Assembly: GCA_977016875.1 (NCBI GenBank)
Contig: CDRNST010000257.1
Span: 496,001 to 560,000 of the forward strand
Direction of reading: 5' to 3'
Length of the DNA: 64,000 nt
DNA from: Pavona decussata
Taxonomy: Eukaryota
Shown here: in pieces, positions 11,301 to 25,530 of the stretch
How positions within the stretch are numbered: position 1 is the first letter of the stretch
How the letters are laid out: each line of letters opens with the position of its first letter
The notes under the pieces: generated by a model
What the model was told of the DNA's origin: nothing
Databases searched by the model: none
What the model saw: only the letters and a program-made list of their open reading frames with translations
Translations under genes and position numbers: made by a program

Positions 11301-14300
11301 CATGTTTTTCTAACCGAATTTTTGAATGGAAGCCATTTTAATGTCGCGGCGAGGCTTGTGGCAGGTTCAACAACAGCTAAGATAAATGAAACATTTTCTT
11401 AAACGGCGGACACCTATTATCATAGCTTCTAGTAAGCACAGGTTGAACGCTGTTTTGTAACGTATTATGTCCGGTCATATTTTAGCGCAAATAAAAGACA
11501 AAATGGTTAAGTCCTTAAAGGCCGCGTTTTGGTGAAAAGAGCGACCGGGTATCGTGAGGCTGTTAGGAAGCGAATCTGCTATCATTTGCTAAACTTTTCA
11601 TATTAAATATCACTTTGTCACTCGTATTATAATATTTTTCATGCGAAACGGATTTAACATTACGTACGTCCGTTCGATAACAGAAACGTTTAAACAGGAA
11701 AGAAAAAGGCAGGCCTTGTCGCCTTGGAGCTGTAAATCGTTCAGGAATCTTGGCCAAATATTGCCGGCTCCAGAAAACGATTTCAAATAAGCTCGGATTA
11801 AAAACTCTTTCAGCTCGCTGGCTTGAAATTGAAAAGGCACAGATTAAACAAAAGCTTCAAGATTGTGGTGCCTCCAATCTTTTTCTTTTTTTTAAAACGC
11901 AACTAGAAATTAACCCGTTTCCCGTTTTCGGAGTGTTTTAAAGTATAGACTCTTAAATCCCTGATCGTTTCCGCCCTTTCTTGTTGACATATCGCTTCCC
12001 GTTTACCACAGTAAATATCCTGTCTTCGGTATAAATTGAGGCTTCTCTTCCTCTTTATCCCAATATTCTAGTGTATTTGAGAGACCTTGAACACTTTTTC
12101 TGTTCGCTTTCTGGTTCAAGCGCCGAATTAGCGACCAGCGAAGACACTGCACAAGCTCTCGCAACCCCGTTTCTCTAAAGGCGATTCAGCCGTCAAAACA
12201 ATGTTGTAGTCGTTTTCGACGACATTAATGGCTGTTTTGGAGGGATATCTACAAAAGAATATCAGTTCGTGGGAGAGCTGCAATTATTCAGACTCTTGTG
12301 AGTAGGAAACATTGTGTTACGAAAGTGTAAAGATCAAGAAAAACTGCTACAAAGGGAACAAAGAAAACTTTACTTGTACAGTCCAAGCATACAAAATACT
12401 ACTGCACTAAACGAGAGTCTCACAGCACGTTCGATTATTAACCACACAAGCCCGTAAAATTGCCTTGAAATTGTTTTGGAAAGGAATTATAAGGGCTTTT
12501 ATTTTATAACTAGCAGGATCAGCGAGGCTTCATTTCGGGTGGATGCATGAAACGTGCTCCAAAGCGCAGGTGATTTCGAAATACGCCTCGAGGGTTTCGT
12601 TCATTTTTTGGACTGCACGCTCCTCTCAAGTTTGAGAGATTATGAATCTCAGTGTAAAGATATATTGACAGCGCTTTGTGTGCATGGGTTTCTTTCTTGT
12701 ACATTAAAGTCACGTTTGATTAACAGCTTCATGAGACATTTTCAACTTTTCATATCGCGGCGAGTGCTGTGAAAGGACAAATTCAATTGACACTTTTTCT
12801 GAAACCTTCATTTGATTGAGTTGTGTTTTAAGTGTTTCTCCTAGCTATGATCAAGCCAAACTACCTAGTTATGTAATTAACAGAAAGAAAGGAAGTGAAA
12901 TTCACATAAACAGCGACAAAGCGCTAGAATTTATCGATTTGTGAGTCGTTCCACTGTTTACAATTTTTTCGTAATCTGTACAAAAAAATATACATCTTGG
13001 CGTCTTTGATGGTTTCTTTCGTTTTACTAAAGCCTAAAAGGTCACAAACATACCCAACGATTTGTATTCAAAATTCAACACACCCTGTTTTATTTGTAGA
13101 ATAAAAATTAGCAGAGTAAAGACCGAAAGAGTTTTTATTTTATTCACTCCGGCTCAATAAATGCTCTTTTTTGCGACCTACGAGCTCCTAATAAAGAATA
13201 AATCTCTTCTCTCTCATTTTAGCGCAATTGGGATATTAAAAGGTCATGCATAACACTTTTACAACTAATTTTCTGCCGGTAAGAGAAGAAGGGTTTTGTG
13301 CTTTTTGAATAGATAGTCAGAAGGAAGAGACCCTAAAACGATTAATCAGGCGAAATTTAGCCCATTCAGGGCGAAATACACCTGCGCTGCAATTGTGAAT
13401 TTAAACGACGGTCTTGGACGAAGCAAATTAAATTACCTTTGACAATGCCGGGTAAATGGCTCTCAAAAACTAAACTAATTTTAAAAAGTTTGGAAAAGGC
13501 CTATCATGTTTTACCGTGCTCCGAGGCTTAAAATGTCCTAGTGAATGTACGGCTGTCAAGGTATAATTTAATTACAGAAATACAAAATGCAAACAATGAG
13601 ATCTTGGCTTGTGTGAAATCTGAGAACTAAACTGCGATTGAAACAGTGCGAGGCAAATGAATATAAGAAACAGCAAGGATTGGAAAATTAAGCTGAGTTT
13701 GATCTCAGATGTAAACTACAGGATCTCCCTAAGATCTTTTGAAAATGTTTTACCTCAATTAGCGAGTATTTTTTTTGTTAAGAATTTTAAGTGGGGGAAA
13801 AACAGCATAACTCGCACAAAACAACAACATGCACACACACACACACACACACATACAAAAAAGAGGCTAGAAAAATACTTTGGTCGTGGAAATGAACTAT
13901 GAAAAATGTAAAATGTCAAAATAGAATAAGATATTGCTTGAGGGAGAGAGAAAGCATCTGGCTTCGGGCTGTCATAGTTCATACGTGTTTGCCAAGGAAA
14001 ATATTAAAGTGATGCAGCAATCAGCGTAAGAACATCTGCCTTGCAAATTTGAGATATTGTGTTCAGTTCACTCCATAACAATTAAAATTAATTTCAACAT
14101 TTTCTATCATAAAATCAAAGCGTTATGAATATTCATCATGTGTGGGCTATCAAACTGTCTAATTAGAATGAAAAACAATTCGCCGAGTGCTATTTCACAA
14201 TGGAAAAAAAAATTCACCTTCACTTGAAGAAGATTGTAAGTTATAGCATTCGGCCTGTTGATGAGCTTGATGGTGAAACGACGCCAGGCTCTGTAAGCGC

Positions 14301-16768
14301 TCTGAAAAGGGAAAATAAAATAAAATAAGTGACAAAGCCGCAAACAATTTCAATGCAGCGCAGGCCATTTGTGGGTGCTTTCAGGACAAAAACATATATA
14401 CTTTATCAAAGCGCCAAAACAAAAGCGCAAAGCTTAAAAAGTTTACATGCTCGTTTGTATGTCATCTAACAGTTTGGAGAAAACAAGTGAGCAACACAGC
14501 GCGGGTTTTTAGGATTTCTCTCGCTCAACACGTGACATTTCATGTACCGCTGCTAATCTAGCCAGGAATTGAAGACGAAAAACTGTAATAATTGCTGTAA
14601 AAGATAGCAGAAAAGGGCTTATTAAAAAATAACTTTCACTCTTCATCTAAATTTCATTCCTAAATGAGTGCAAAAGAATTGAGTGGCTACAGGAGGCCGT
14701 GGATTTCAAAATGTCTTTACGTTTGTCAGTGGGAGAAAAAATCAAATAAAAATGTGATACAACACAACAAAGTGTTTCTTTCAACAAGTGTACATTTCAA
14801 GTGAGGAAAAAATTAAATTAACGCTGAAAAATACAAGCCTTGATTTTATTACCTCCTGGAAAGTGATCGACATAGAAGACGAAAATTTGTTACGAATTAA
14901 ATAGGGGAACTCGAAAGGAAAAAGAAAATCTACCACGAATGACGGAGAAAAAAAAGATGCAATCAAAAGCGAAAGCTTGAAGATTTAGCTTCTTTTTCTA
15001 AGCGTATTTGATAGCTTACCTTGTTCGTATGGGTTTTCGCACGTCGTGTAGTCGATGGGTTCTTGCTTGATGGAAGCGTAATTTGTCGGTGGTGAAGATT
15101 CGAAAGGTGCGCTGTCATATGCTGCAGCGAGTTGTCTATATCCCTTCATGCAGTGAAAAGTTGAAGGCTGTGTTGGGCAGGTGTAAACTAGAGGAGAACT
15201 GCTTGAAGCATGGCTTTCGCTCATCATTCTCATGTATGTAGAGCTATCGCTTCCCTTATCCATCTTATTTGGTTGTTTGAGTGTTGTTCGCCGGTGTTGG
15301 TCTGGGTCTTGACAGGCGCGCTCCCTCGGTTCAGGCTTAATCTGTATGGCATAGCTACCTACAAAACGAGGAAAAATATACCTCTAGACAAAAATGCCTA
15401 TTCATTTTCAAAACAAAACTAACGTTATGAATGGCCTAAACAAAAAAGAATGCCTTATTTACATAATGAAAAATGGGATGGGGGTTGAGCAGGGAAAACA
15501 ACCGAAATACACAACTTTTGTTGCGAAAATAATACACCAGGCTTTGTATTGTGAACGCAAAATCATGCCTCACCACAAAACAAGGAAAAAACTGTTATTT
15601 AACTTCATTTTACGCAAACAGAGACCTGAAAAATATTCATGGATATTTAGGGCCATTTATCGGCGCGGATCGTTTGAAGCGGTTTTTTAGTGACTTTTCT
15701 CCAGTTAGATCGAGGCTCCAAATTTATGAGTATCGTCACATTACTGCGGTCGCTTAAAGTCATAAATAAATCAAGCCCGGGGCAAGAATTTAGGCAAGAT
15801 TGTGAAAGAGCTTGTCATCAGAGATAACACTAATTGCACTAGTGTTTCACTGGTTAGAGTTCGAATGCATAGCACGTGTTTACTGACAAAATTCTAACGT
15901 TAATTAAAATTAACGTTCCCCTAACAACTCCAAGAAGATGCTGTGAGAAAATGTTCTCGAGCTTTTTGAGTCTAGGGCCACCGGAACACTTGTCCAAGTA
16001 GAATATTAAGGTAGTTTTCTATTATTTGGTCTCATACCTGTTGCTTACTGGAAAACGTACAATTAATTTCGTTCGAATTTTTTTTGGTTTATACAACAAT
16101 TTTTCGTTTGACATTTACCTTCGGTCTTTGTATTCGTCGAGCTACCTTCGATTTCTGGGACAAACTGTTCATCTGTCGCACTTGCCTGGTAAGGCCGCGC
16201 TGTGAAAAGCCACACACAAAAAGAAAATTAAACGTATTGCCTCTGAAATCTAAGTTTAATGAATTCGACGCTTTTTCATCAATTATTCAGTATGTTTCAT
16301 GCTCTAAGTTAATAAAATTATCTCTAAGTCGCCGCAAACTTCACATTTAAAACTTAGTTACATTACCTTCTATCATCCAGTGTTCCTGCATTTGGCAGAG
16401 GTCTTGAAACAATTCTAGTAGAGAAAAATAAATCGCAGAAGATTACGTTTAATTAAGAAATTTTCTCAACCCACAGAAAACATCAAAAATGTAATGCGAG
16501 TTTCATAAACGAAACGCTGTGTTTCATTACCTTGTGAGTCTAAAGATAGATTTTCACCCTGACCGCGATTTCGCTCTGCAGGACTACAGGACTTGCGTTC
16601 AAGGTAAGCGGATCGTGAAGAAAGCTGCCAAGAGTAAATTCAAACATTATATTACCGAAGTGAGGAAATGTCAAAGCGTTCTCGAGCAGTGAGGAAAAAG
16701 AAAATGTGTTTTACCTGTGGGTACATGTGAGGAACCTCTTGATCATAAGGTGAATCGAACTGGTACAT
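5864..16768 (-). CDS. ETV1: PEA3-subfamily ETS transcription factor (ETV1/4/5-like), 7 coding exons, ~421 aa
   Basis: Exons 16715-16768 ([18 protein letters not shown]), 16531-16624, 16367-16414 ([16 protein letters not shown]), 16119-16199 (DEQFVPE), 15020-15358 (IKPE, IKQE), 11004-11114 and 5864-6402 (ETS domain [15 protein letters not shown]...[31 protein letters not shown]). All introns are GT-AG with compatible phases; total 1266 nt. Probably co-orthologous to ETV1/4/5. Confidence 0.95.
8375..8785. mobile_element. tRNA-derived short element, two decayed units in inverted arrangement
   Basis: Minus unit (~8375-8600) followed by a plus unit containing GGATTCGATTCCCGTTCAAGCCTGAACTTTTTTCAGGC. 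Confidence 0.7.
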
Positions 16769-17058
16769 TCTAGTCTCGATGTGTAAGTTACACACCGTGC
16801 GAGCGAAGATTTTTCGTTGCTGTTTCCAGTCAACTGAACCGGCTTTGTATTTTGCCACTTAAAACTAATAAAACACCAACGAAATAAAAACTAAAAAAAA
16901 CACGAATGGCCCGCTGGTATGAATTAATTTGGATGTCGTAGTAAGTAGTGGCAACTCAAGCTACAACCGTCTCAGTTGTATTATTTGGCCGGCTTTGTCA
17001 TATTCACACAAGATCATAGTTGTATTTTTTAGCTGTCCGCTTTTGATCAAATCTTTCA

Positions 17059-17168
17059 TTTATAGCGAACGAGCTCGCCATTGGCTTACCAATTTAGCCC
17101 TTTTGATGTGTGATTGGTCATTTGCAAGTAGCAATTCAGCGAGTGTCAATTTCTGTCTATTGACCAAT
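17059..17168 (-). promoter_or_regulatory. Putative ETV promoter: TATA box plus four CCAAT boxes
   Basis: Minus-strand TATAAA at 17059-17064. CCAAT/ATTGG at 17080-84, 17089-93, 17113-17 and 17164-68, about 300-400 bp upstream of the ATG. Confidence 0.55.
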
Positions 17169-20100
17169 CAAAACAATGAAAACAATTAGTCTCATTTGGC
17201 ACACGTTAGTTGTCGCGGCGAGTTGGCGAGCGCGTGCCTACTTTGTCATTCTGGTATACATCTAATAACATCATATTCAACAATGATCTCTCATACACTA
17301 TAAAAGCCACCAAGGGTCATAGAAGAGAAAATAACGTGGACGGCGAAGCGCGAATAACTCTCCTCCGGTTACAACGCGAGTTAAGTTCTTGGTTGGTTCT
17401 AGACGTAAGATTACAAAAAGACAAAATTCAAATACCTGTTTACTTTGATCTTTTTGGCGAAAATACGAGATGCGTGCGATTTAATTTACAGGTCCGTCCC
17501 TTGGGAGGTACCCTAGGGAGGCGAGTACACGAAAAGTTTCAAAGACAAGTAAAGTGGGATTTCCCATCATTTAGCACACTGAATACGCGATCCTGATGAG
17601 AGCTGATTTTAATGCTCTTGCTGAAAAGAGGATAAGCTTTAAAACAAAAAGACCCGTGGAAACCGAACATCAAGCTCGCTAATTGGCATTGTGTGACGAG
17701 AAAATGAGTTAGCATTTTATTGTTCGCGCGAAAATACAGGTGACGGCTGAATTTAGTTAGTTTTTCATCAATTCTCAAAAAAAAAAAAAAAAAATCTTTC
17801 CAAACTCGACGATTAAATTAGCAAACAAACTTTGTCTATTTCGATAATTTCTTGCGACACTTAAAGGAACGAATTTTTTATCAAAAATACTTTTTAAATG
17901 GCCCTGGCCTTAAAATTTTCCCAATTTATCTCTGTATTAAATGATTTTCTGAAAGCTCGAGAGCTCTTGCTGTTCACTGGAGGTTTTTTCCCACGCCTTA
18001 ATACGAATTCATAAGGACCGAAACCCAATTTTTTTGCACAAATTCTCTCAAAATTCGACATTTTCAACTGCTTGGCAAACGTATTGCCCAGCTTTCTATC
18101 GGCAAAGTGGCACCTATTTCCGGGTATTGCATATGCCCCAATGTTGTTTGAGAAACCTATCAGAGCGGTATTGAAGTTTAGTCATTCCCTTGTAGATGCT
18201 ACATTTAGCGGCCTGTTTCGCCATTATCATCCCCCTTGCCAGTTTGATTGAGTTTTTCATCAAGGTTTGTTTGACTCTGTGTGTGACGTTGTGGTACTTT
18301 TGTTTGTACTGGAATAACCTACGCTTCACATGTACGCAAGCAAAGCCTTTCGAAAACTAAAACACAACGCCACGTTAATGAAACTGACAAATGCACGCTT
18401 AGATGCGTCAGCCGCCCTCTAGGTTCTCACGTCACGCATATTAGCGGAAAATTTCTGATGAAAAGAGCGCTGTCACGTATTAAACAAGACACGCGGCGAG
18501 GGAAAACTGCGAATTTTGCCGAGGAAATAAAAATAATAACGATTTTAAAAGGGTTTCAGTGTTATTGGTTATCAATATTCGAAAGAGCGAAAAGTTGTTA
18601 TCAACACAAGCTGCAAATGATCAATTTTTCAATAAATAAAACACAATCGGGGAACTATAGAACAGGGGTTAATATGCACAAAATGGGAATTTGGAAAACA
18701 AAAATAATCACATCATTTGATATTTCCTACAAAACTTACTGCCTCCTAAGTTAAAAGGTTGGGAATTGATATGCTGTGTGTGATCTAACTGAATTGCGGT
18801 TTACTCACTCTGTTTGAAAACACACCGGCCTACTTAAAAACACGATAGATGAATTTGTGTTAAGCTGCAGAAAATGTTCGCGGAATAAAACCTAATCTCC
18901 CTATTTCTTCTTTTTTCCTTTGATGAACGAAATAGTCTTTTTGTAATAAAAAGAGAAATAAGTGTTAAACGGTTCGTCTTTAGTTCGAGCGACTTGAATA
19001 ACATGCCAGCTTATTCCTGCTTTCCTTACACCTTTGGTAAACAAGCATTTCGCAGGATGATCTAATGAGGCTCTGTTTTGGGAGTCGCTGTTAGTGGTTA
19101 GATGTGATGTGGTACCGATTTAACTCGCTATCATTTAGAAGCTCGACTACTGGCAAACGCCACCTGACCTGGCTGATAATAAAACATTAGAAATTCAGTC
19201 GCCGAGAGCTGTGAAAATTTTGAAGGACAGCAGCTGCATTTTGAGTTTACCTTTTGATTCTTTTTACAATATCTCTAATAAGGCCTTGGCTTTGTTTCGA
19301 CAAAATAAACGAAAATTATGAACACACTCCCTCACTTTATCTCCTCGCTCTCATTCACTATGTTTTTTCGAATCGCAAACCCGAATTTCGTAATTACAAC
19401 TCGAATTTGCTAGTAAAAACTTCCTTTTTGCCGGCATGTTTGGTGACTGCTTATGTAGTAGGAGTTAATTTTATTCACAAATTTAATTTATTGAAGGGTT
19501 TTTCTATAGCAATTGTTGTTTTTACGGCAGAAAGCCTAAATGTTTACTTCTTTGCGTTCGAATTGCTGCCGCGAAAAAACAGCATGGCGACACTTAGGTC
19601 TTGTTTTTCTATTCAACAGAAAATAACATTTTTTCCTTAGTTGCCGCAAAATTTGACATGAAACGAAAGTTCCCTGGTCAAGTGTAAAATGTTTGCTTAT
19701 ATTACAATCCCAGAAGAAAGACAGATTCGACACTTTCACTCAAATGAAACCATCAACCAAGATTTCTTCGCTCGCTTCAAAAGTTTTCGCACTTCGAAAA
19801 CAATAAGAATCATTTGCGATTTCCACTTGTCAAAACTAAAACGAAACAGCTTCGTCGTAAAACGAAAAATGATAGAAAGCCTATTCTTTCGGGGGGATTG
19901 GGGAAGTAGAAAAGATAATGGCTAGCTTCACAAGTTAGCGAAAACACACACCGCGACAAAAGCACGATCATGCCAGTTATGTTACACCTGTTGTGATATG
20001 TACTGCGCACGCGCCATTGTCATCGAAAACAAATTGCTACCTCCTGAGGTCGGCATTGTGTTTTTTCTTAGAGTCTTTTCATTCCTCAAAGATTTTCTTT

Positions 20101-23100
20101 CAAAAGAACAGACGAAAAGAAATTTCTATAACATCTAGCCTTGTTTTGACCACATAAACTTATCACACGCAGACTTAAGGAAGCCCTGTTTTGAAAATTA
20201 TCCAGATTAAGAACATTAGAATATTTAATTAAATTATATTTAATTTATTTAATTTATTTTGACACAATTGCTTTGTCTCGTAAGTAATCTATAACTTTTC
20301 TTCGCTGCGCTATAATGAAACTCGACCAATTGATTTGTTAGTTTTAGGTCTCTTTCTAATGGAAAATGGCCTCGGTCTTGTTTTCGATATAATTTACATG
20401 CAACGAAAAACTCTAGGAACGCCACAGTTTGACCACACTTTGAGCGACACATTGTGTGGAGTATTAAAGCGCTTCAATACGCACACCTCACGCGCTGTTA
20501 TAGCTAGATGCTGTATATGACAGAACTTTCCGGAATTTTGATGGGATCTCAATTGCTGTTTGTTCTAGAGAAAAAAATAAGAGCAGACGTAAAACCGGGT
20601 TAAATTACTTAAACTGTAAGGGCGTACATTTGATGCGATCTTAGCTATATCCAAGCGTTAGCTTTCACCCAACGTTGACATGTCCATTTCAAGTAGCATT
20701 TAACGGGCTTACCTGCTTCCGGCACGAGAAAGGGTTCTTTAGTAGTTTAGTTTATACAATTCTCGTGAGCGATTTCAAAAAAGAGCCGTTTTCTCTTAAG
20801 GCACTAAATAAATCGTGAACTCGTTGGCTCTGAGGCGAATTCAAAGGTTTTCTTCTGACCACGCTTACCCAATACGCACGGTAAATTGTCCCTTTGAAAC
20901 TCAAGCGAAATGGATCGCATATATTTTAATTCATTCACGTGGGCCTACTCAGGCAATCAGCTGCGTAGTGAAATTAGTAATATGCATTTAGAGATGAAGT
21001 TATTAGTTAAAAATCCGTGTAATTGAGGAGATATAGAGTTTCCATGGCCTAGGTGCACTTTAACAATAAAACCTATTTTTCTTTTTTAAGATCTTTTGAG
21101 CGTGTCATTGGAAAAGATAATTTCGATCTCAAATCAAAGGATGAAAATTCTTCTGAGGATTTAATACCCTATAAAAAAATTCTCATTTTTCTCGAGGGCA
21201 GGTTTTATCATTTATTTTATTTGCGCTACCATTCATACTTGATTTGATATTTCAGTTAAAAGAGGGACAAAAAGAAAACTATTAAGCAGTCACGATTTCT
21301 CTATCAATCGCTTTTTTTGCGGCGCGCCCATGACATTGTAACGTGTCAGCCTTAAATTATATTTTGTTTTGTTTTTCTCGGTAGCGCGAGTAGAATTATT
21401 TCTCAATCAGAACCAACTGGATTAATAAGGCACAAGCAATTAAACGTTTGTTTATGAGGCTGAATTGACAAAATGAAAAATCGGGTATTGCCTTATATTA
21501 CGCGTCTAAACATTACAAAGCTTTGTTTCGGGGCATTTATATCCACCCCTTTTAACGCCTTTGGTTCATCTGACCACAAATCGAATGTTTGCGTCCTGAT
21601 TTAAGGGCCCAATAAAGCTCCATAAGAACATAAAACTAGATATAAGATAAAAAGAACTCTTACTGATTTGGTGAAATTGCTTTTCTTGGTCATATCGTTT
21701 GTTCTCAAAGCCTAATTTCGACTTTCTAGTTATACAAGACACTGATCTCAAAGAAGCTTTAAAATCAATGTGAAAAAAAAAGTATATGAACGATTCGAAA
21801 AGCAGCTGAGTTGAAAATTTAGCTTACACGTATAACTGGTTAATTTTCACAGGGCACACTAAGTTTTATAGACAGGTTCAAAATTAAAAATATCTCACTC
21901 GGCTTCGGTTCAAAGTAAAATTGAACAGTCCATGTCAAGACTGATTACTGCTTAGCATCGATCGCTATTGTTTTATTTCAACTCTATTGGTAGCCTCGAA
22001 GGATAATTACTTTTTTAGAAATCGGAAATACTTCTATGTTGGTATTCATCTTTTCAGGAAAGCACGTGTTCACGGATAAACTTTTTATTAATCTCAGCTC
22101 GGCATTGTCCACGTACTTTTACCGGAAATCCTCGACTTTTAATATTTGATATTATCACGCTTTCTTCGCGTCTTCTCGCTAACAAATCCATCGCGAATTA
22201 GCGAATTAAGGTTGTTCCGGAGGGTTTTCACTGTAACAATAGCGATGAATAAACTCTCTGTAGGGCGTGCAGTTTGTTTTTATTTTAAGTCGTGATTCGC
22301 GCCTTCTTTTCAACAGTAGACAAGGTAAAGTAATTATTAGGAAGCCAACTGAACGCGTCTTATTTCAAAGGACATGTAAACAGAAAAAAAAAAAGAAATG
22401 ATCCTTTGTTGTTCTCAAGTTTTCAATAGATGTAATTACTCACATTATATTGAGATTCCCTCTGTGCGTGCGGGCAATACACAACTCCAGCGTGCTGTAT
22501 ATCAACTCAGTCTGAAAAACTGATGTGATGCATGTAAAACCGCTAGCTGATTTTCACCTAGGAACGAGATAAATGCAATATCGTTGAATAAATGTTATGT
22601 ATTATTTAAAGTGTAAAGTAATATTCTCTTGGAAGATTACTCTGTGGTATTTGTAAATTTGACTGCCGTCGGAGAGTCTGCTAACTTAGATTACCGCTGG
22701 CTTTGCCCGACTACGCGATCAATTTGCCACTCTTAGTAAATGTATTTAGGTTTGGGTAAAATATTACTTTTTGGTCTCATAAAAATATTTGCGTTTGATA
22801 GGCTTTAAAGAAAAGAAGAATTATCTTTTCTCTGCCATCTTGCGTTATTTTTTTAAGTGGAATATCCAATAATTTAGTTGATCAAGAATGTTGTATTGGG
22901 CACGAGAAAGGGGGGTCGAGAAAAGTTGAAAGCCTAGAGAAAGTGTTACTGCTCTCCTCTCTTTAGCTAAACGTTTCTTGAGGTTAATTGAAAACTCGTG
23001 ATAATTTCCAACCCATAAACTTCCTAATTGTTTTATAGTCATCTAAAGATTCCAAACGAATCTAATTATACCAAAAAAATTCATTTAAAAGGCCCTGAAG

Positions 23101-23500
23101 TTTATAAAGGCACGATTTTTCAAGGATTTTGCCTCATATTTCTTTGTGGAATCGATTCAATTCGAACGGTGCAAAAAGCAGCTTGGAATGTCAAGCAAAG
23201 ACGAAACAGTGCGGTTAAATATATTAATTACAAGGAACTGATTAGACAATTGACATGACAAAACAATCCGTTGTCAGTAAAAGGAATTATTTAATGCTCA
23301 TTCCTTGTGGTTATGAGCAATAATTGACCTTGAAGTCAATGTGAAGACTTATTTCACGAAGGGCGAGTCCGCAGTCGGTGTATGCTTTGAATATCGACTC
23401 ATGTTCTCTTGACATCGAGCAATTCAGTTAGAATTATAACTCAGTTTTGTGAAGGTTTTCTGTGATTTCTAAGGATAACCGGCATCTACTTCCAGCTATT

Positions 23501-23543
23501 TCTCCTAACAACACAATATGTCATATATTGTGTTGTTAGGAGA
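23501..23543. repeat. Perfect 19-bp hairpin with a 5-nt loop
   Basis: TCTCCTAACAACACAATAT-gtcat-ATATTGTGTTGTTAGGAGA. Confidence 0.9.
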
Positions 23544-25081
23544 GTGAGAATGAGACAGGCCGGGAGAGGATCAAGGAAAGCGTAAAATTGTGATGATTAT
23601 ATAAACCGTGTTGAAAGCTAAAGAAACGATTAAGAAAATAAGGAACCGTGACTGTTCACTGGACCTGCTGCCTGCTCAGAGAACAGTACGTCTCAAAACT
23701 CGAGTCAGCTCCAATAAATATATCTAACTTATAATGACGGTCTTGAGAATTTACAAGTGGGTCACAAACTCACAATTGTCGATTCTTACTCGCTATTTTC
23801 CTTTTTATGAAGCTAAAATACAATTACGGACATGTATTCTTGGATGCTAGGCCGTAGCAGGTGTTTTACCCAAGGACACAACACCATGACACAGATAAGG
23901 TAGGCTTCTAATAGATCTCGATAATAATAAAAGGCTCATTTTTGGACTTCATCAGGAGTGACTGCAATCTTAACAGTTATTCGCAGGCAAGTTCTGATTG
24001 GTTGTTTGTGTTGTTTAAGTTTGTTGTGATTGGACAGAACAGTTGGGTTCTGGTTTTACAATACTCCATTAGCTACCTCTTTAAAAAGCTTTTGTCACTG
24101 TTTAACAACCAGTCTCCTGATAACAGTACGGTCCTGTAAAATAAAAAGGACATTGTAATTTCAAAGGTTGCTTTGAAGTTATTTTTTCAGCAATAAGATG
24201 GCCAAAAGCGAGGAGATAATAAGGGTAGTGCTGATTAAAATGAAAACAATGAAATGTTTTGCCCATTGAAGCAGCCTTTCAATGAATGCCCTATCTTCTC
24301 TAAAAAGCGACCTGAGACTTCAATTTAATTAACCTCAAAGACTCGTCTCTTATATAAAAGTGACGCGGGGATGTTCGTCGGCGAAAAAAGGAAGCCCTTA
24401 AGGGTATTGAACTGAACTTTGTAATTGGGCGTGGTACGCCTGAGGTGCCATTTCCAGCTTCTACGCTAAAATACTAAAAGGTTTTAGAATAATTCTAGCT
24501 GTAATCATTTTTAATCGTAAGCGTTACCAACACTTACACTTCGTAGAAAAAGAGATCTTTGGTGTGGAAGGAACGACAACACGATCCAATTAAACTGGGG
24601 GAGATTTTTGTGTCCTTTGAAGACAAATGCAATTAACGGATGCATTACGCTTGTAGCATTACCCGAACTAATTGTATTCAGTGAGCTAGTTAACATGCAA
24701 ACTTTCTCAAAGTTCGTTTTCGTGGAGTCCAGTCAGACTTCCTCGCCTAGCAACTCGGTCACTCGTTACGCTTTTTCACCGCCATAACCGGGCGCCATAA
24801 AAGTCGTTTGTGGCAAGTCTAGGTACATCTATTGTACTCGGATCTTCTTCTGACAAGGTTTTAATCCAGAAACTGGATTTGACGCTTATTCTGTTCGTCT
24901 TACTTAATAGCGACCAACGATTTTGTTGAAATTAAATAATTTAAACTTTTTTTTCTTTTCTTTCTAGGCTGATCAAGCCAACACTCGACACCTGATTGAA
25001 TTTCCGTAGCTACACTAGCGTGAAGGTCACACCGCAACAATTCTACTTCCTTTTCAGGCTGTGGCATCCGACCGTTCAATT

Positions 25082-25530
25082 TACCGCAATAATTCGATGT
25101 ACCACCCGGGGCGCTAATTCACTTTTCGTAGTTCAAGGGAGGGCGCTTACTAGGCATGACTAGGGACAGAATACTTCCTTTTATTTTCTTTTTTTTTTAT
25201 CTTTACAGATTGAAGGGTTAATAGCATTTGGCAGTCTTTTTAAAAGTTAATACCTTTCACAATTATGATGTTACTTCCTGGTGAGACAGCAGAATACTGA
25301 TAGAATTCAATTCAGTTATTATAGGAAAAGCCAAATGATAGCGGTTGTGTACCAAGCTGGGGGGGGGGGGTAGGCGCTTATTATTGGTAGAGGGGGTATA
25401 GGAATTAGGGGGCTTATTGGAATATAGGGGCGTCTGTTAACAAAATGACACTCAAGGCAGGGGGCGGGGGAGGGGGGGGGTATTAGAGAGGGTGCACTTT
25501 TTGGAAAGAGGGCGCTAAATCGAATACAAA
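25082..25530. mobile_element. Decayed MITE with repeated GGGCGCTTA motifs and G-runs
   Basis: Starts TACCGCAATAATTCGAT; repeated GGGGCGCT(T/A)A motifs; ends AAATCGAAT. Confidence 0.5.
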
